Assembly (NCBI GenBank): GCA_002104945.1
Contig: MCFH01000015.1
Location: 847,806-911,805 of the forward strand
Direction: 5' to 3'
DNA length: 64,000 bases
Source of the DNA: Piromyces finnis finn
Lineage: Eukaryota; Fungi; Neocallimastigomycota
The notes under the pieces are model-generated. The model worked only from the letters and a program-made list of their open reading frames with translations, was not told the DNA's origin and searched no databases. Below are positions 47,289 to 59,323 of this stretch, piece by piece. The translations under genes and the position numbers were made by a program. Position 1 is the stretch's first letter; each line of letters begins with the position of its first letter.

Positions 47289-47942
47289 TGTAAAGATATC
47301 AAACGCCTCTGTTTGATATCTTTAATGTAACTTAAGCCACAAGTATTATTGTTTAAGTTACACAAATTATATTCAGAAAAAGAAAATGAGACATAATTTA
47401 TTTATTAATAATTAAAGTTTAAAACAAAATAAATTATTAATTTATTTTTAATGTTTAACAAGTAAATTAATATTCTCAATTTAAATCCCTAGTTTTAGTA
47501 TTGTTTTTTTTAGAAATAGATAAATAATAAATGATTAATATATCAATAATACATGGGCACATATTCAAATTAAATAGTACTTAATTTGAATTGCCAATTG
47601 TATTTTACTAAAAATAGTTATAGTTTAAATATTTATTAATAATTAAGATTTTAGTGTAGATTTTAAATAATAATATATAAGAAATAAATAGTTATAATAT
47701 AATATAAATGTATTTAGGAAAAATATAAATAGAAGATATTTTTCATCATTTTATCGATGTAATTGTTATTATTAAAATTCTATTATAATAAAAGATATTT
47801 TTAATAAAACAATTTTTTATTTTTATTTTAAATTTAGTGTTATTGTAATAGAATAGATATCCTAATCTATTCTTTCTGTGTCGACTTTACAATAACAATT
47901 ACCTAACTACTTCAAGAGTACGTTAGGATATCTACTACTGTC

Positions 47943-48065
47943 AGAAGAAGAATTTATAGAAGAACTTGGTTGCTACCATAGAAGAAGAATCTACCGAAGT
48001 ACTTGGTTGCTACCACAGAAGAAGAATTTATAGAAGAACTTGGTTGCTACCATAGAAGAAGAATT
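47943..48065 (+). repeat. 37-bp tandem repeat (about 3.3 copies) in the leader of E
   Basis: AGAAGAAGAAT..CTTGGTTGCTACCAY at 47943, 47980, 48017, 48054. Confidence 0.9.
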
Positions 48066-48209
48066 ACTGAAACAATTATAGGTTAAACTCTGTTGCTGCC
48101 CTTGTTAAAGGAATTCTACCGAAGGAATCAATATATAGATACAAAACTTGTTCGACACTGCTTTGCAGAACGCGTTTGAATAACTTTTGTATTTAAATAG
48201 ATTGTATTA

Positions 48210-48256
<47 letters not shown>

Positions 48257-48316
48257 AAGATTACTTACTTGAAACAGTAGTAAGAAAACATTTTTTATTT
48301 TATTTAATAGTTTACG

Positions 48317-51300
48317 TTGGAGGCCTTAATTAGTGAGTTTGAAAGTTTAAATTTAGAGATGGGTGATAGGACTGTGGATGTTTCTGGGAATTCGGGGAAC
48401 ATTATTAATGCTCCACCGATATTTTCTGGTAAACAAAGAGAATTGGATGGATTTTTAACCAGAGTTGAGTTGGTATTTCGTACTCGACCGACACTGTATA
48501 ATACAGATCGAGTCAAGGTCGACTTCGTTATATCATACTTCTCTGGTAAACCTTTGGAATGGGCTTCAGTGTTGATGAAGAATAATAGTGGGGTTTTAAA
48601 TCATTATGATGAATTTGTAGATAGGTTGAAGGCTAATTTTGGCAGTTATAGATACGATACCGTTGTAGCTAACGGAAAATTAGATAATCTTCGCCAAAGG
48701 AAACTTGGTCAGGTATTAGATTACATTACCGAGTTTCAACGTATTAGCCAAAATTCAAGCTTTAATGATAGCGCAAAAATCTACATGTTTCTGAAAGGTT
48801 TATTACCACCACTTAGGGAGAAGTTGGCTTTCATTGAATCAAACCCAACTTCAATTGAACAATTGATTTCTTCAACTATTTTAGTTGAAGATATGATGAA
48901 AAGGAATTCTTTAAGTGAATTTTATTTTAATGGTAGAAGGGCTAATGATCCTATGGATGTGGATGTATTTAAAATTAGTAGAGAGAATAAACGAAAAAGG
49001 TATGTGAATATTCAAGGATCAAGTAAAAATTACAATGAAAACATAGATAACTTTGAAGAAGAAAAGAAAAAAGGGTTATGTTTTCTTTGTAAACAACCGG
49101 GACATTTAAAATTTAATTGTCCTAATAGAGTAAAGCCCAGAAAAGTGTTAAGAATTGTTAAAGAAAGGACTCCAAAAATTGTTAATCCAAAAATTTACAA
49201 AGTTGGAGTCAAGGGAGTGAAAAGTGATTTAAACCTTGTGGACTTTTACTTGAGTACCAATGAAGTTTCGGAAGTTAAAATTAAGGTTTTAATTGATTCC
49301 GGTTCTGAATTAAATTTCATTAATCCAAGTCTTGCTGAAGAACTTGGTATTAATTTGGAAAAAGTGGAACCATTCCGTGTTTCAGGTGTTAGTGATGGAG
49401 TTGTTAGTGTTTGGGAAAGGACTGAGAAGTGCATGCTCCGCTGCAAAAATCACTTCGAAGTAATTCAACTTTATGGATTACAAGTCCCCGGTGTTAATGT
49501 TATTCTTGGTTTGCCGTGGATAAAGAAGCATAATCCAAATGCTTTCTACGACTCTAAGAAAATCGCTTTTAGTTCTGGTTATTGTGCCAGACATTGTAAT
49601 AAAGGCAAAAGAAAGAGAAAACCAAGAAAGAAGTCAAAGAATGATCAGTTAGATCATGATGTTCTCGACCGAAGCTTGACCAAAAAGCCGAAAGTAGATC
49701 CCTCTGTCCCAAACAATGAAGAAAAAGAATATGTTAAAGGCCGCCTTGTTAGAACTATCAATGATGAAGATGATAGCGATGATGAATATATTAGTTTTAA
49801 TAAAAAAGTTAAATGTATTGTAACAAAAATTAATGAAATATGTAATAATGATAACGAATCATGTAGTAATAATGATAATGAAAAAGATATTAATAAAGAT
49901 AAATTGGTCGCCGTACCAACCCAATATTTAGAATTTAGTGAAGTGTTTAATGAAAAAAATTGTGAAGTGTTACCTCCTCATAGACCTTATGATTGTGAAA
50001 TCAAACTTAAAGATGATTCGACTTTATTTTATGGACCTTTGTATCCATTAACTGAAGTTGAAAGAGAGGAACTTAAAAAATATATTGATGATAATTTAAA
50101 TAAAGGTTTTATTAGGAAATCATCGTCTCCTGCTGGTGCCCCAATTTTATTTGTTAAAAAGAAGGATGGCTCCCTAAGACTTTGTATCGATTATAGAAAG
50201 TTGAATGATATTACCATTCGTAATTCATATCCTTTACCTTTAATTAGTGACCTTTTGGATAGGGTGAAAAATGCTAAGATTTTTACTAAATTAGACCTTA
50301 AATCCGCTTATAATCTTGTTCGTATTAAAGAAGGTGACGAATACAAAACGGCTTTTCGTACTAGATATGGACATTTTGAATATCTGGTTATGCCTTTTGG
50401 ATTAAAGAATGCACCTGCAACTTTTCAACACTTCATTAACGATGTCCTTAGTGACTATTTAGACGATTTTGTTATCTCATATATTGATGATATTCTTATT
50501 TATTCTAATAATATCGAAGAACATCATGTGCATGTTAAAAAGGTACTTAAGAAACTACTTGAAAATAATCTTTATGTTAAATTAGAAAAATGTGAGTTTG
50601 ATGTTGAGAAAACCACTTTTCTTGGTTATGTCATTTCAAAGGATGGATTGCAAATGGATGAAAATAAAGTTAAAGCAATTCTCGATTGGCCGGTTCCCAA
50701 GAATGTTAAAGAGGTTCAGTCTTTTATTGGTTTATGCAACTATTACAGAATTTTTATTAAAGACTTTGCTAAAATTGCAAACCCTCTTCACAAACTCACT
50801 AGAAAGAATGTTGCTTTTAACTGGGTGAAAGAAGATCAGGACGCTTTTATTTTATTAAAATCTCTGTTCACGTCAGCTCCTATTCTGAAACATGCGGATA
50901 GTAATAAACAATTTATTGTAGAAACTGATGCTAGTAATTATGCTGTCGGTGCTATTCTCTCTCAAGAATTTGATGGCAAATTACATCCTATTGCATTTCT
51001 TTCTAAAAGTTTGACGAGTTGTCAAAGAAACTATCCTATATATGACAAGGAACTTTTTGCTATTGTAGTTGCTCTTGAAGAATGGCGTCATTATTTAGAA
51101 GGTGCACGCCATCCGTTCATAATTTATACTGATCACAAGAATTTAACATTTCCTAGAAAACCTGAAATGTTATCTCAGAGACAAATTAGATGGAATTTGT
51201 TCTTATCCAGATTTGATTTTAAACTCATTTATAGAGCTGGAAAGAAATCCGGTAAGCCTGATATCCTGTCTCGTAGAAGTGACCATTTAGAGAATAATAT

Positions 51301-52906
51301 TAATTCTGATGTTTCTTGTCTTACTATTTCGTTTCATCATAGCGATAACAAACCGTTAATCGATTCTATTTTATTAGAACTTAAAAATGACGATTTGTAT
51401 AATTCTATTGTCCAATTTAAAATGAATGGTTCTGCATGTAATGCACCTATTAAAAATATTGATAAAGTTATTATTGATAATGAAGGATTTTTGTTATATA
51501 ATAATCTTATTTATGTTCCTAAATCTCTTAGGACAAGAGTTTTGGAACTTCATCATGATTCTGTTGCTGCTGGTCATTTCGGTATTAAGAAAACCACTGA
51601 ACTGATTTCCAGAAACTTTTGGTGGCCAAGGTTTCATTCAGACGTTAAATCTTTTATCAAATCTTGCGTGACTTGTTGCAAATCCAAAGTCCCCAGACAT
51701 AAGCCTTATGGATTATTATCCCCCTTGGGCACTCCCAGTAGGCCCTGGTCTGATATTTCTATTGATTTTATTGTTGATCTTCCTAAGTCCAGAGATATGA
51801 CAACTCTCATGGTTGTTGTCGATAGATTTACTAAATTTGCTCACGCCATTCCTTTACGTTGTCTTCCTACTGCTTCAATTGCTGCTGATGCTTTTATTGC
51901 TAATGTCTTCCGTTTGCATGGTCTTCCTGATTCCATCATTTCTGATAGAGGCTCGCAATTTACTTCTGACTTTTGGTCAAGACTTTGTGACCTTCTTAAT
52001 ATCAATCATTCATTATCAACTGCCAACCATCCGCAGACAGATGGTCAAACGGAGAGGGTGAACGGCATATTAGAACAATATTTCCGTTGTTTTATAAATA
52101 AAAAGCAGAATAACTGGGTTGATCTTATCCCATTTGCTGAATTTGCATATAATAATACTTTACAACAATCTATAAATCAATCCCCATTCCTTGCTAATTA
52201 TGGTTTTCATCCAAAGTTCAGCTTAGAAATTCCAGCTAATGATAGACCTAGTAGAGCTGAACAAAGAGTAATTGATATGAATGAAAACTTTAAATTATTA
52301 AAAGAAAACTTAGAAAAAGCAAAAGAAACATATAAGAAATATGCCGATATGAAGAGAATGATTCCCCCGGAGTTCGAAGTGGGAAAGAAGGTATGGTTAT
52401 TGAAAGATTCTCCTGGAACTAACCTAAAGAGAAAATTAGCACCTCAAATGCTTGGTCCATTTGAGATAATTGAAAAAGTTAGTTCTCTCGCTTTCAAATT
52501 GAAACTTCCAAAGACAATGAGATGTCATCCAGTCTTTCATGTTTCATTGTTAGAACCATACTTTGAAAACATGTTTAACGACAGGTCTAATCGTAGGAAG
52601 AGGAACATTCACCTTAACACAGATTTAATTGAAAAAATTCCAGAGAAAATTGAAAAGATGAAATCTGTTAATGGTGAAACATTTTATAAGTTATCATGGA
52701 AAGGATTTGACAAATCCACTTGGATTTCTGAAGATCAGATTCCAGATAAACAATTAATACAAGAGTTTGAAAGAAACTCTAAAAAGTCAAAATATAAGTC
52801 GAACGACTCCTCCATGAAAATTAGAAAGAATAAAGTTGGTAATCTAATCAAGCACAGATACCAACCATTTGTAATTGAAATTCCTTCGAGAAAAGATTCC
52901 TTATAA
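48317..52906 (+). CDS. E Gag-Pol polyprotein
   Basis: CFLCKQPGHLKFNC; LIDSGS; YIDD; ETDAS; HDSVAAGH..CVTC; SDRG; chromodomain-like IPEKI..YKLSW..TWIS. Confidence 0.96.
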   Translation: MEALISEFESLNLEMGDRTVDVSGNSGNIINAPPIFSGKQRELDGFLTRVELVFRTRPTLYNTDRVKVDFVISYFSGKPLEWASVLMKNNSGVLNHYDEFVDRLKANFGSYRYDTVVANGKLDNLRQRKLGQVLDYITEFQRISQNSSFNDSAKIYMFLKGLLPPLREKLAFIESNPTSIEQLISSTILVEDMMKRNSLSEFYFNGRRANDPMDVDVFKISRENKRKRYVNIQGSSKNYNENIDNFEEEKKKGLCFLCKQPGHLKFNCPNRVKPRKVLRIVKERTPKIVNPKIYKVGVKGVKSDLNLVDFYLSTNEVSEVKIKVLIDSGSELNFINPSLAEELGINLEKVEPFRVSGVSDGVVSVWERTEKCMLRCKNHFEVIQLYGLQVPGVNVILGLPWIKKHNPNAFYDSKKIAFSSGYCARHCNKGKRKRKPRKKSKNDQLDHDVLDRSLTKKPKVDPSVPNNEEKEYVKGRLVRTINDEDDSDDEYISFNKKVKCIVTKINEICNNDNESCSNNDNEKDINKDKLVAVPTQYLEFSEVFNEKNCEVLPPHRPYDCEIKLKDDSTLFYGPLYPLTEVEREELKKYIDDNLNKGFIRKSSSPAGAPILFVKKKDGSLRLCIDYRKLNDITIRNSYPLPLISDLLDRVKNAKIFTKLDLKSAYNLVRIKEGDEYKTAFRTRYGHFEYLVMPFGLKNAPATFQHFINDVLSDYLDDFVISYIDDILIYSNNIEEHHVHVKKVLKKLLENNLYVKLEKCEFDVEKTTFLGYVISKDGLQMDENKVKAILDWPVPKNVKEVQSFIGLCNYYRIFIKDFAKIANPLHKLTRKNVAFNWVKEDQDAFILLKSLFTSAPILKHADSNKQFIVETDASNYAVGAILSQEFDGKLHPIAFLSKSLTSCQRNYPIYDKELFAIVVALEEWRHYLEGARHPFIIYTDHKNLTFPRKPEMLSQRQIRWNLFLSRFDFKLIYRAGKKSGKPDILSRRSDHLENNINSDVSCLTISFHHSDNKPLIDSILLELKNDDLYNSIVQFKMNGSACNAPIKNIDKVIIDNEGFLLYNNLIYVPKSLRTRVLELHHDSVAAGHFGIKKTTELISRNFWWPRFHSDVKSFIKSCVTCCKSKVPRHKPYGLLSPLGTPSRPWSDISIDFIVDLPKSRDMTTLMVVVDRFTKFAHAIPLRCLPTASIAADAFIANVFRLHGLPDSIISDRGSQFTSDFWSRLCDLLNINHSLSTANHPQTDGQTERVNGILEQYFRCFINKKQNNWVDLIPFAEFAYNNTLQQSINQSPFLANYGFHPKFSLEIPANDRPSRAEQRVIDMNENFKLLKENLEKAKETYKKYADMKRMIPPEFEVGKKVWLLKDSPGTNLKRKLAPQMLGPFEIIEKVSSLAFKLKLPKTMRCHPVFHVSLLEPYFENMFNDRSNRRKRNIHLNTDLIEKIPEKIEKMKSVNGETFYKLSWKGFDKSTWISEDQIPDKQLIQEFERNSKKSKYKSNDSSMKIRKNKVGNLIKHRYQPFVIEIPSRKDSL

Positions 52907-53550
52907 ATTAATCTCGCAGGAGCTCGACTTAGAGAGAGAGATTGTAAAGATATCAAACGCCTCTGTTTGATATCTTTAATGTAACTTAAGCCACAAGTAT
53001 TATTGTTTAAGTTACACAAATTATATTCAGAAAAAGAAAATGAGACATAATTTATTTATTAATAATTAAAGTTTAAAACAAAATAAATTATTAATTTATT
53101 TTTAATGTTTAACAAGTAAATTAATATTCTCAATTTAAATCCCTAGTTTTAGTATTGTTTTTTTTAGAAATAGATAAATAATAAATGATTAATATATCAA
53201 TAATACATGGGCACATATTCAAATTAAATAGTACTTAATTTGAATTGCCAATTGTATTTTACTAAAAATAGTTATAGTTTAAATATTTATTAATAATTAA
53301 GATTTTAGTGTAGATTTTAAATAATAATATATAAGAAATAAATAGTTATAATATAATATAAATGTATTTAGGAAAAATATAAATAGAAGATATTTTTCAT
53401 CATTTTATCGATGTAATTGTTATTATTAAAATTCTATTATAATAAAAGATATTTTTAATAAAACAATTTTTTATTTTTATTTTAAATTTAGTGTTATTGT
53501 AATAGAATAGATATCCTAATCTATTCTTTCTGTGTCGACTTTACATAAAC

Positions 53551-56417
53551 TACCACCACATAGGCTAACGGATTGTAAAATCGTTTTACAAAAAGATGCT
53601 TCTTTACATTATGGTCCTATATATCCTCTATCTGAAGATGAATCCCAAGTTCTTAAAGAATACATAGATGAAAATCTCAAGAAAGGATTCATTAGACCAT
53701 CTGAATCTCCAGCTGGTTATCCTGTTTTATTTCAGAAAAAGAAGGATGGATCGTTACGTCTTTGTATTGATTACAAAAAATTAAATGCAGTTACAATTCG
53801 CAATTCTTACCCACTTCCTCTAATTACTGATATTATCGAAAGAGTGAAAGGTGCTAAATTTTTTTCAAAATTAGATCTTCGTTCTGCTTACAATTTAGTG
53901 CGTATTCGTGAAGGAGACGAATATAAGACAGCTTTTAGAACTAAATATGGTCACTATGAATATTTAGTAATGCCTTTTGGTCTAAGAAATGCCCCTGCTA
54001 CATTTCAATCATTTATTAATTCAGTATTACGCCCTTATTTAGAAAAATTTGTTATTTTATATTTAGATGATATTCTGATTTACTCGGAAACATTAGATGA
54101 ACATATACAACATGTTCGTACTGTTCTCCAAACACTGCTCAAAAATAATTTATTTGCTAAATTAAAGAAATGTGAATTTCACAAGCCAGAAGTTGAATTT
54201 TTAGGACACGTTATATCAGGCAATGGTATATCTACTGATCCAAAGAAAATTAAATCTGTCCAAGAATGGCCTACACCTAATTGTGTAAAAGATGTTCAAC
54301 GCTTTGTTGGATTATGCAACTATTATAGAAGATTTATAAAAGATTTTGCTACTATTGCTAAACCGCTTCACAATTTAACAAAGAAAAATACTAGTTTTAA
54401 TTGGAATGATAAATGTAATAACTCATTTTTAGAATTAAAAAAGAGACTAATCTCTTCACCTATTTTATTACATCCAGATCCAACCAAACCATTTATTGTC
54501 GAATGCGATGCTAGTAATTTTGCCATTGGTTGTATACTTTCTCAAAAGGATGAAGATAACAAATTACATCCTGTAGCATATTATTCAAGATGTTTAAACA
54601 ATGCTGAATTAAATTATTCAATTACTGAAAAGGAACTTTTAGCTATAAAATGTGCATTTTCTACCTGGAGACATTTATTACTAGGTGCTAAATACCAAGT
54701 AACCGTTTTTACTGACCATAAAAACCTTCTATACACCTTAGGTGGTAAAGTCGGAAACCAACGTCAACATCGTTGGCATTTATTTTTCCAAGAATATAAT
54801 TTTCAATTAATATACCGCCAAGGAAGAAAAAATGGTAAACCTGATAGTTTATCAAGAAGACCTGATTACGAGAAAAATAATGTTGAACCTAAACCAGAAC
54901 ATATATTAGATTATAAAAACGTTCCCGATACTCCATGTTTTGTTGGTATTGTTGGTTCTCTCATTGATCAAATAATAGAAAATTATAAGGATGATGAAAA
55001 TGCGAATAATATTTATCTTTACTTTAGTCCTAATAATGCTAATCAAGGTTACTTTTACAGACCTTTCAGAAAAATGGAAAAATTTAAAATAAAAAATAAT
55101 TTAATTTTATATAATAATTTAATTTATGTACCAGAAAAACTTCATGTATATATTTTAACCAGGTACCATGATAACGCTACTGCTGGACATTTAGGTATTC
55201 GAAGAACTGAAGAACTAATTAACCGTAATTTTTGGTGGCCCAAAATGCATCAAGATATCGTAAATTTTGTCAATTCTTGCGAACAATGTTCCAGAAATAA
55301 AGTTAATAGACATAAAAGATATGATCTTTTAAGACCTTTAGAAATTCCTGATCGCCCTTGGAAATCTATTGAAATCGATTTTCTTTGTGGTCTCCCTGAA
55401 TCAAAAAAGTTTTCCGTTATAATGGTTGTTGTAGATCGCTTTTCAAAAATGATTCACCTTATTCCGTTCAAAGAAATACCTACAGCTGAAGAAACTGCCA
55501 AAGCTTTCCTAAAAAATATTTTTAAACTCCATGGACTACCTACAGATATTTATACGGACAGAGGAACACAATTTACTAGTGCTTTATGGATAGAAATTAT
55601 GGAAAAATTGCGTGTTAAGCCAAAAATAGCTACCACAGATCACCATGAGACCGTTGGTCAAGTAGAACGTTGTAACTCTTTCATTGAACAATATTTACGT
55701 TGCTATTCAAGAACATTTTTCCACGATGACTGGATTGAATGGTTACATCTAGCTGAATTTGTTTATAATAATACAGTTCATGAATCGACAAAACAAACTC
55801 CATTTTTCATTAATTATGGATTCCACCCACCTATGGATGATGTCTTTTTGTTTCAAGGTTCTGATTCAAACTTTAAATACATTAAAGATGTTAGTAAAAA
55901 TTTCCTTTTAGTTAAAGATGTTTTGCTTAGATCTCAAGATTTATACAAAAGAGCTGCCGATAAGAAAAGAATTATTGCTCCTGAATTGAATGAAGGACAA
56001 AAAGTTTGGATTCATGCACCTCCTGCTTTTGCTACTACTGAAAATGCCAAACTAGCGCCTCGTAAGTATGGTCCTTACAAGGTTTTAGAAGTTTTAAACA
56101 ATGGTAATTATAAAATAGATATTTCAAAATCACCTTTTCCAAAACACCACCCTGTATTTCACATATCAGAACTTGAACCTTATGTATCTACGCCAGATAA
56201 ATTTAAAAATAGATTTAAATATAAAGAAACTAATGCAGAAATTATAGAAATTGGTGACTTTAGGACAAATTATAAAGATAAACGCTACGAATATAAAATT
56301 CGTTATAAACACCGCCTAAGTTGGCACTGGGTTCCTGCTACAGTAATAGAAAGTGACCCAAGATATCAAGAATTATTAATTCAATTCAATAAAAGTATTA
56401 GAAAACACAAAATCTAA
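53551..56417 (+). pseudogene. F pol C-part (RT, RNase H, integrase, chromodomain-like)
   Basis: YLDD, ECDAS, HDNATAGH..CEQC, TDRG, RKYGPY. Continues 46550-47288 once E is removed. Confidence 0.93.
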
Positions 56418-59323
56418 TTTTTTAAATTGCATTTCAACAATTTTATTTTTTTAAAAATTTATTAATATCTTTCACTAACATTATGTTTTATTATAATTTG
56501 TATTACTCATCTAATACATTTCAACACAAATTTCAAAAATTTTTTTTCTATGAATGTTAAATTTCAATTCAATAATTTTTGATCCAACAATTTTATCAAT
56601 TTATTTAATTTAAAACACAAAATTTTTATAATGAAAATTAAATATTTAAAGAGAATAATTTTCAATTTATTTTAGCAGTACAATTACAAATATTTATATG
56701 TTGTTAATGCTTATTTTATTCTCTATTCAATAGTATCAATTTCAATATTGTCACCATCTCGATCGATCATTAAAATCAATAGTCTTCAGTGACATTTTTT
56801 CAAAAAGTTTAGTTCAAAATTTTTTTTGTATTTAATGAAAAAATTTTTTATTATTAAAAATTTTTCAAAAATTTCAAAAATTTTTTTTTTCAAAATCATA
56901 TTAATTAAAGTTTATTTGATCAATTTTTGAAATTTCAATTATTTTAGCAAATGTTAACATTTTTCAAAAATAAAAAGTGTTTCAATATCCTAGGAATAAT
57001 ATTTCTTATTCAAATTTTAATTTTTCGTACGAATTTCAATTTTTTCACTCTATGATCAATTTAAATTTCAACATTTCTTTCAAAAATTTTATGAATTTGA
57101 CTGAATGTTACACAAGAAAATGTTTTTTAATTTTATTTCATATATTGCAATATATTCAACATATTATATTTAATATATTCTTTATTTAGTTACCATTTTA
57201 TTTCATGTTACACATACAACTATATATTGGTTTATATTTAATATATACTACTTCAATTTATTTCAATTATACTTTATTATACAACTTTATTTTATATTAT
57301 TCCAATCGCCTGGTATTCGATTTTTTTTGGCGGAGCGATGTCACGAATACTAGTGAAATTACAATTTCAAGATCACTTGGAATTGTGAAATCACTTATGA
57401 AAATTCAAAATCAACAAATATTTTATTTTCAAATAAATTATAAAATTTTATTAAGAAATATTTAAAAATTAAGAAAAGGTTAAAATATGACCTTAACCCT
57501 TAATAATTTTTATAATAAATAACTTTAACCCTTATCGTTAAAATGGAATAAGAAAAAACACGCGTATCTCCTCAACGAATGACGATTTTTGAATAAAAAT
57601 ATTTTGGTTATAATTAAGTTCGTTAGAAAGCCACGCTCGAGACAAACAACATATCTTAAAATCATGTCAATATCTCTGCTGGTTCACGAGATATTCCAAT
57701 TTAAAGATATTTTGTTAGCAATGATTAATTGTTTATTCAGAGAATGATCACCCCTGATATATCAAACATAAATCATTCACTCAAAGTATAAAAAATTATT
57801 GTTTAATTAAATTAAAATTATTTTCCGGAACTAATTAACTTTATTTTATAATAATTATTTCAATAACATAATTTATAATCTTTGAACTAGAGGATTATAA
57901 TTATTAATATTATATTCAATGAATTATATTATAATTAAGAAATAATTAATATTATGAATATTATAAACAATAGTTATTTTTTAATAATTAGGAATAAGTC
58001 TTAAGTTTAGTTTAAGTATTATAAAATATATTATGAATATAATCATGTATTGAAAAGTTATTTTATTATTAAATGTAAAATTACAAATAGTATAAATAGT
58101 TTAGAATAGTTTTATGAATTAAATCTTTGTAAAGATTATTATCTTATTAATACTTAATAAGTATTACTATTAAATAATCTTATTATTATATATATTCTTT
58201 AAATAAAATAAAAAGGAATTATTTTAACTATAATACATAATATAATTATTCATTTATAAATCAATTAAGATTATTTTAATAAAACATTTTTTTTTCTAAC
58301 CTAGTTATCTTTTAACCTTTTATTTAATTTAATATTTTAATATTAAATTATAAGTTTAGTAAAACTTTTACATAATATCTTCACAATTAAATACATTATT
58401 CTATTAATACAATATTTTACAATATGTTATTGTGACACAATGCTACGGTTCAAATAAGATATCACAAAACACTTGAATAGTTATAAAAATAAAAATTTAT
58501 TTAATTTTAATTTTTATTCATTTAATTTATTTTTGATTTTTCAATTTTTTAAAAATTTTCTCAAAAATCCTCGTACTTTTTCCAACTATCCATTATTTGA
58601 AATTTAATGGTTTTGGATAGCTAAGGATTTAAATTGATTTCATTCATAATATATGGATCATTCACTGTAACATATATTAATTAAATCCTTAATATATATT
58701 ATGAATAATCTCTTAATATTTGAATAGAAAAATTTTTAATTTATAATTAATAAAATTTTAATTTATGATATGTGTAACATTTTTGCATATCATATATTAT
58801 ATATTTAATTATGACATATAATAAAATTATATTATTCAATTAATTATGCCCTTTTTTAGACATAAATAATAATTTTTCTGTCGAGGTATCTTCTGTTTTG
58901 TGTGTAACAGTTGCCTCTTTTAGTAAAAATTATAATTAAATTCTATGTCATAATTTCAAATTATAAAATATTATACAATAAAGTTAATTAATAAAATAAA
59001 CCTTAAATAATAATAAAATTCCTATAACTATTTTAATAATAAAATTTTGTAAAATTTATAAGTATAAAATATTATAAGTAATTATACTAATACTAATAAT
59101 AAAGGTCTTAAATAACTATATACAAATAATATAACTATATAATAAAAATATGAATAATTACTAGAAAAATGTATAAAAATTATATATTATAATTTTTATA
59201 TTTTAAAAATAGAGTTAAACACTAGTAAGGAATATAAATAGTTGAAGGTTAATTCCTAAAATTCTAGCTAATTCAACTATTTATGTTCATTCCTTAACAG
59301 AATGCCCTTCGTTAAAACTCAAG

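Larger units (their letters stand above)
47289..53545 (+). mobile_element. Element E: full-length, apparently intact chromovirus-like element related to A
   Basis: 603-bp LTRs 47289-47891 and 52943-53545; TSD TAAAC; PBS ATAACAATTAC complementary to 47759-47769; PPT AGAGAGAGAG. Confidence 0.97.
44443..58372 (+). mobile_element. Element F: chromovirus-like LTR retrotransposon interrupted by E
   Basis: 1034-bp LTRs 44443-45476 and 57339-58372; TSD TAATA; PBS ATAATCTTTAC complementary to 45233-45243; PPT GGCGGAGCGA. Confidence 0.95.
43486..58385. mobile_element. D-family solo LTR (43486-44442 plus 58378-58385) split by element F
   Basis: TSD ATTAA (43481-43485, 58386-58390); homologous to 30344-31342. 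Confidence 0.88.
36262..58421 (-). mobile_element. Element C: chromovirus-like LTR retrotransposon hosting G, D, F and E
   Basis: 3' LTR 36262-37079; 5' LTR 42854-43485 plus 58391-58421 (internal deletion); TSD ATATG (36257-36261, 58422-58426); PPT GAAGAGGGGC. Confidence 0.9.
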
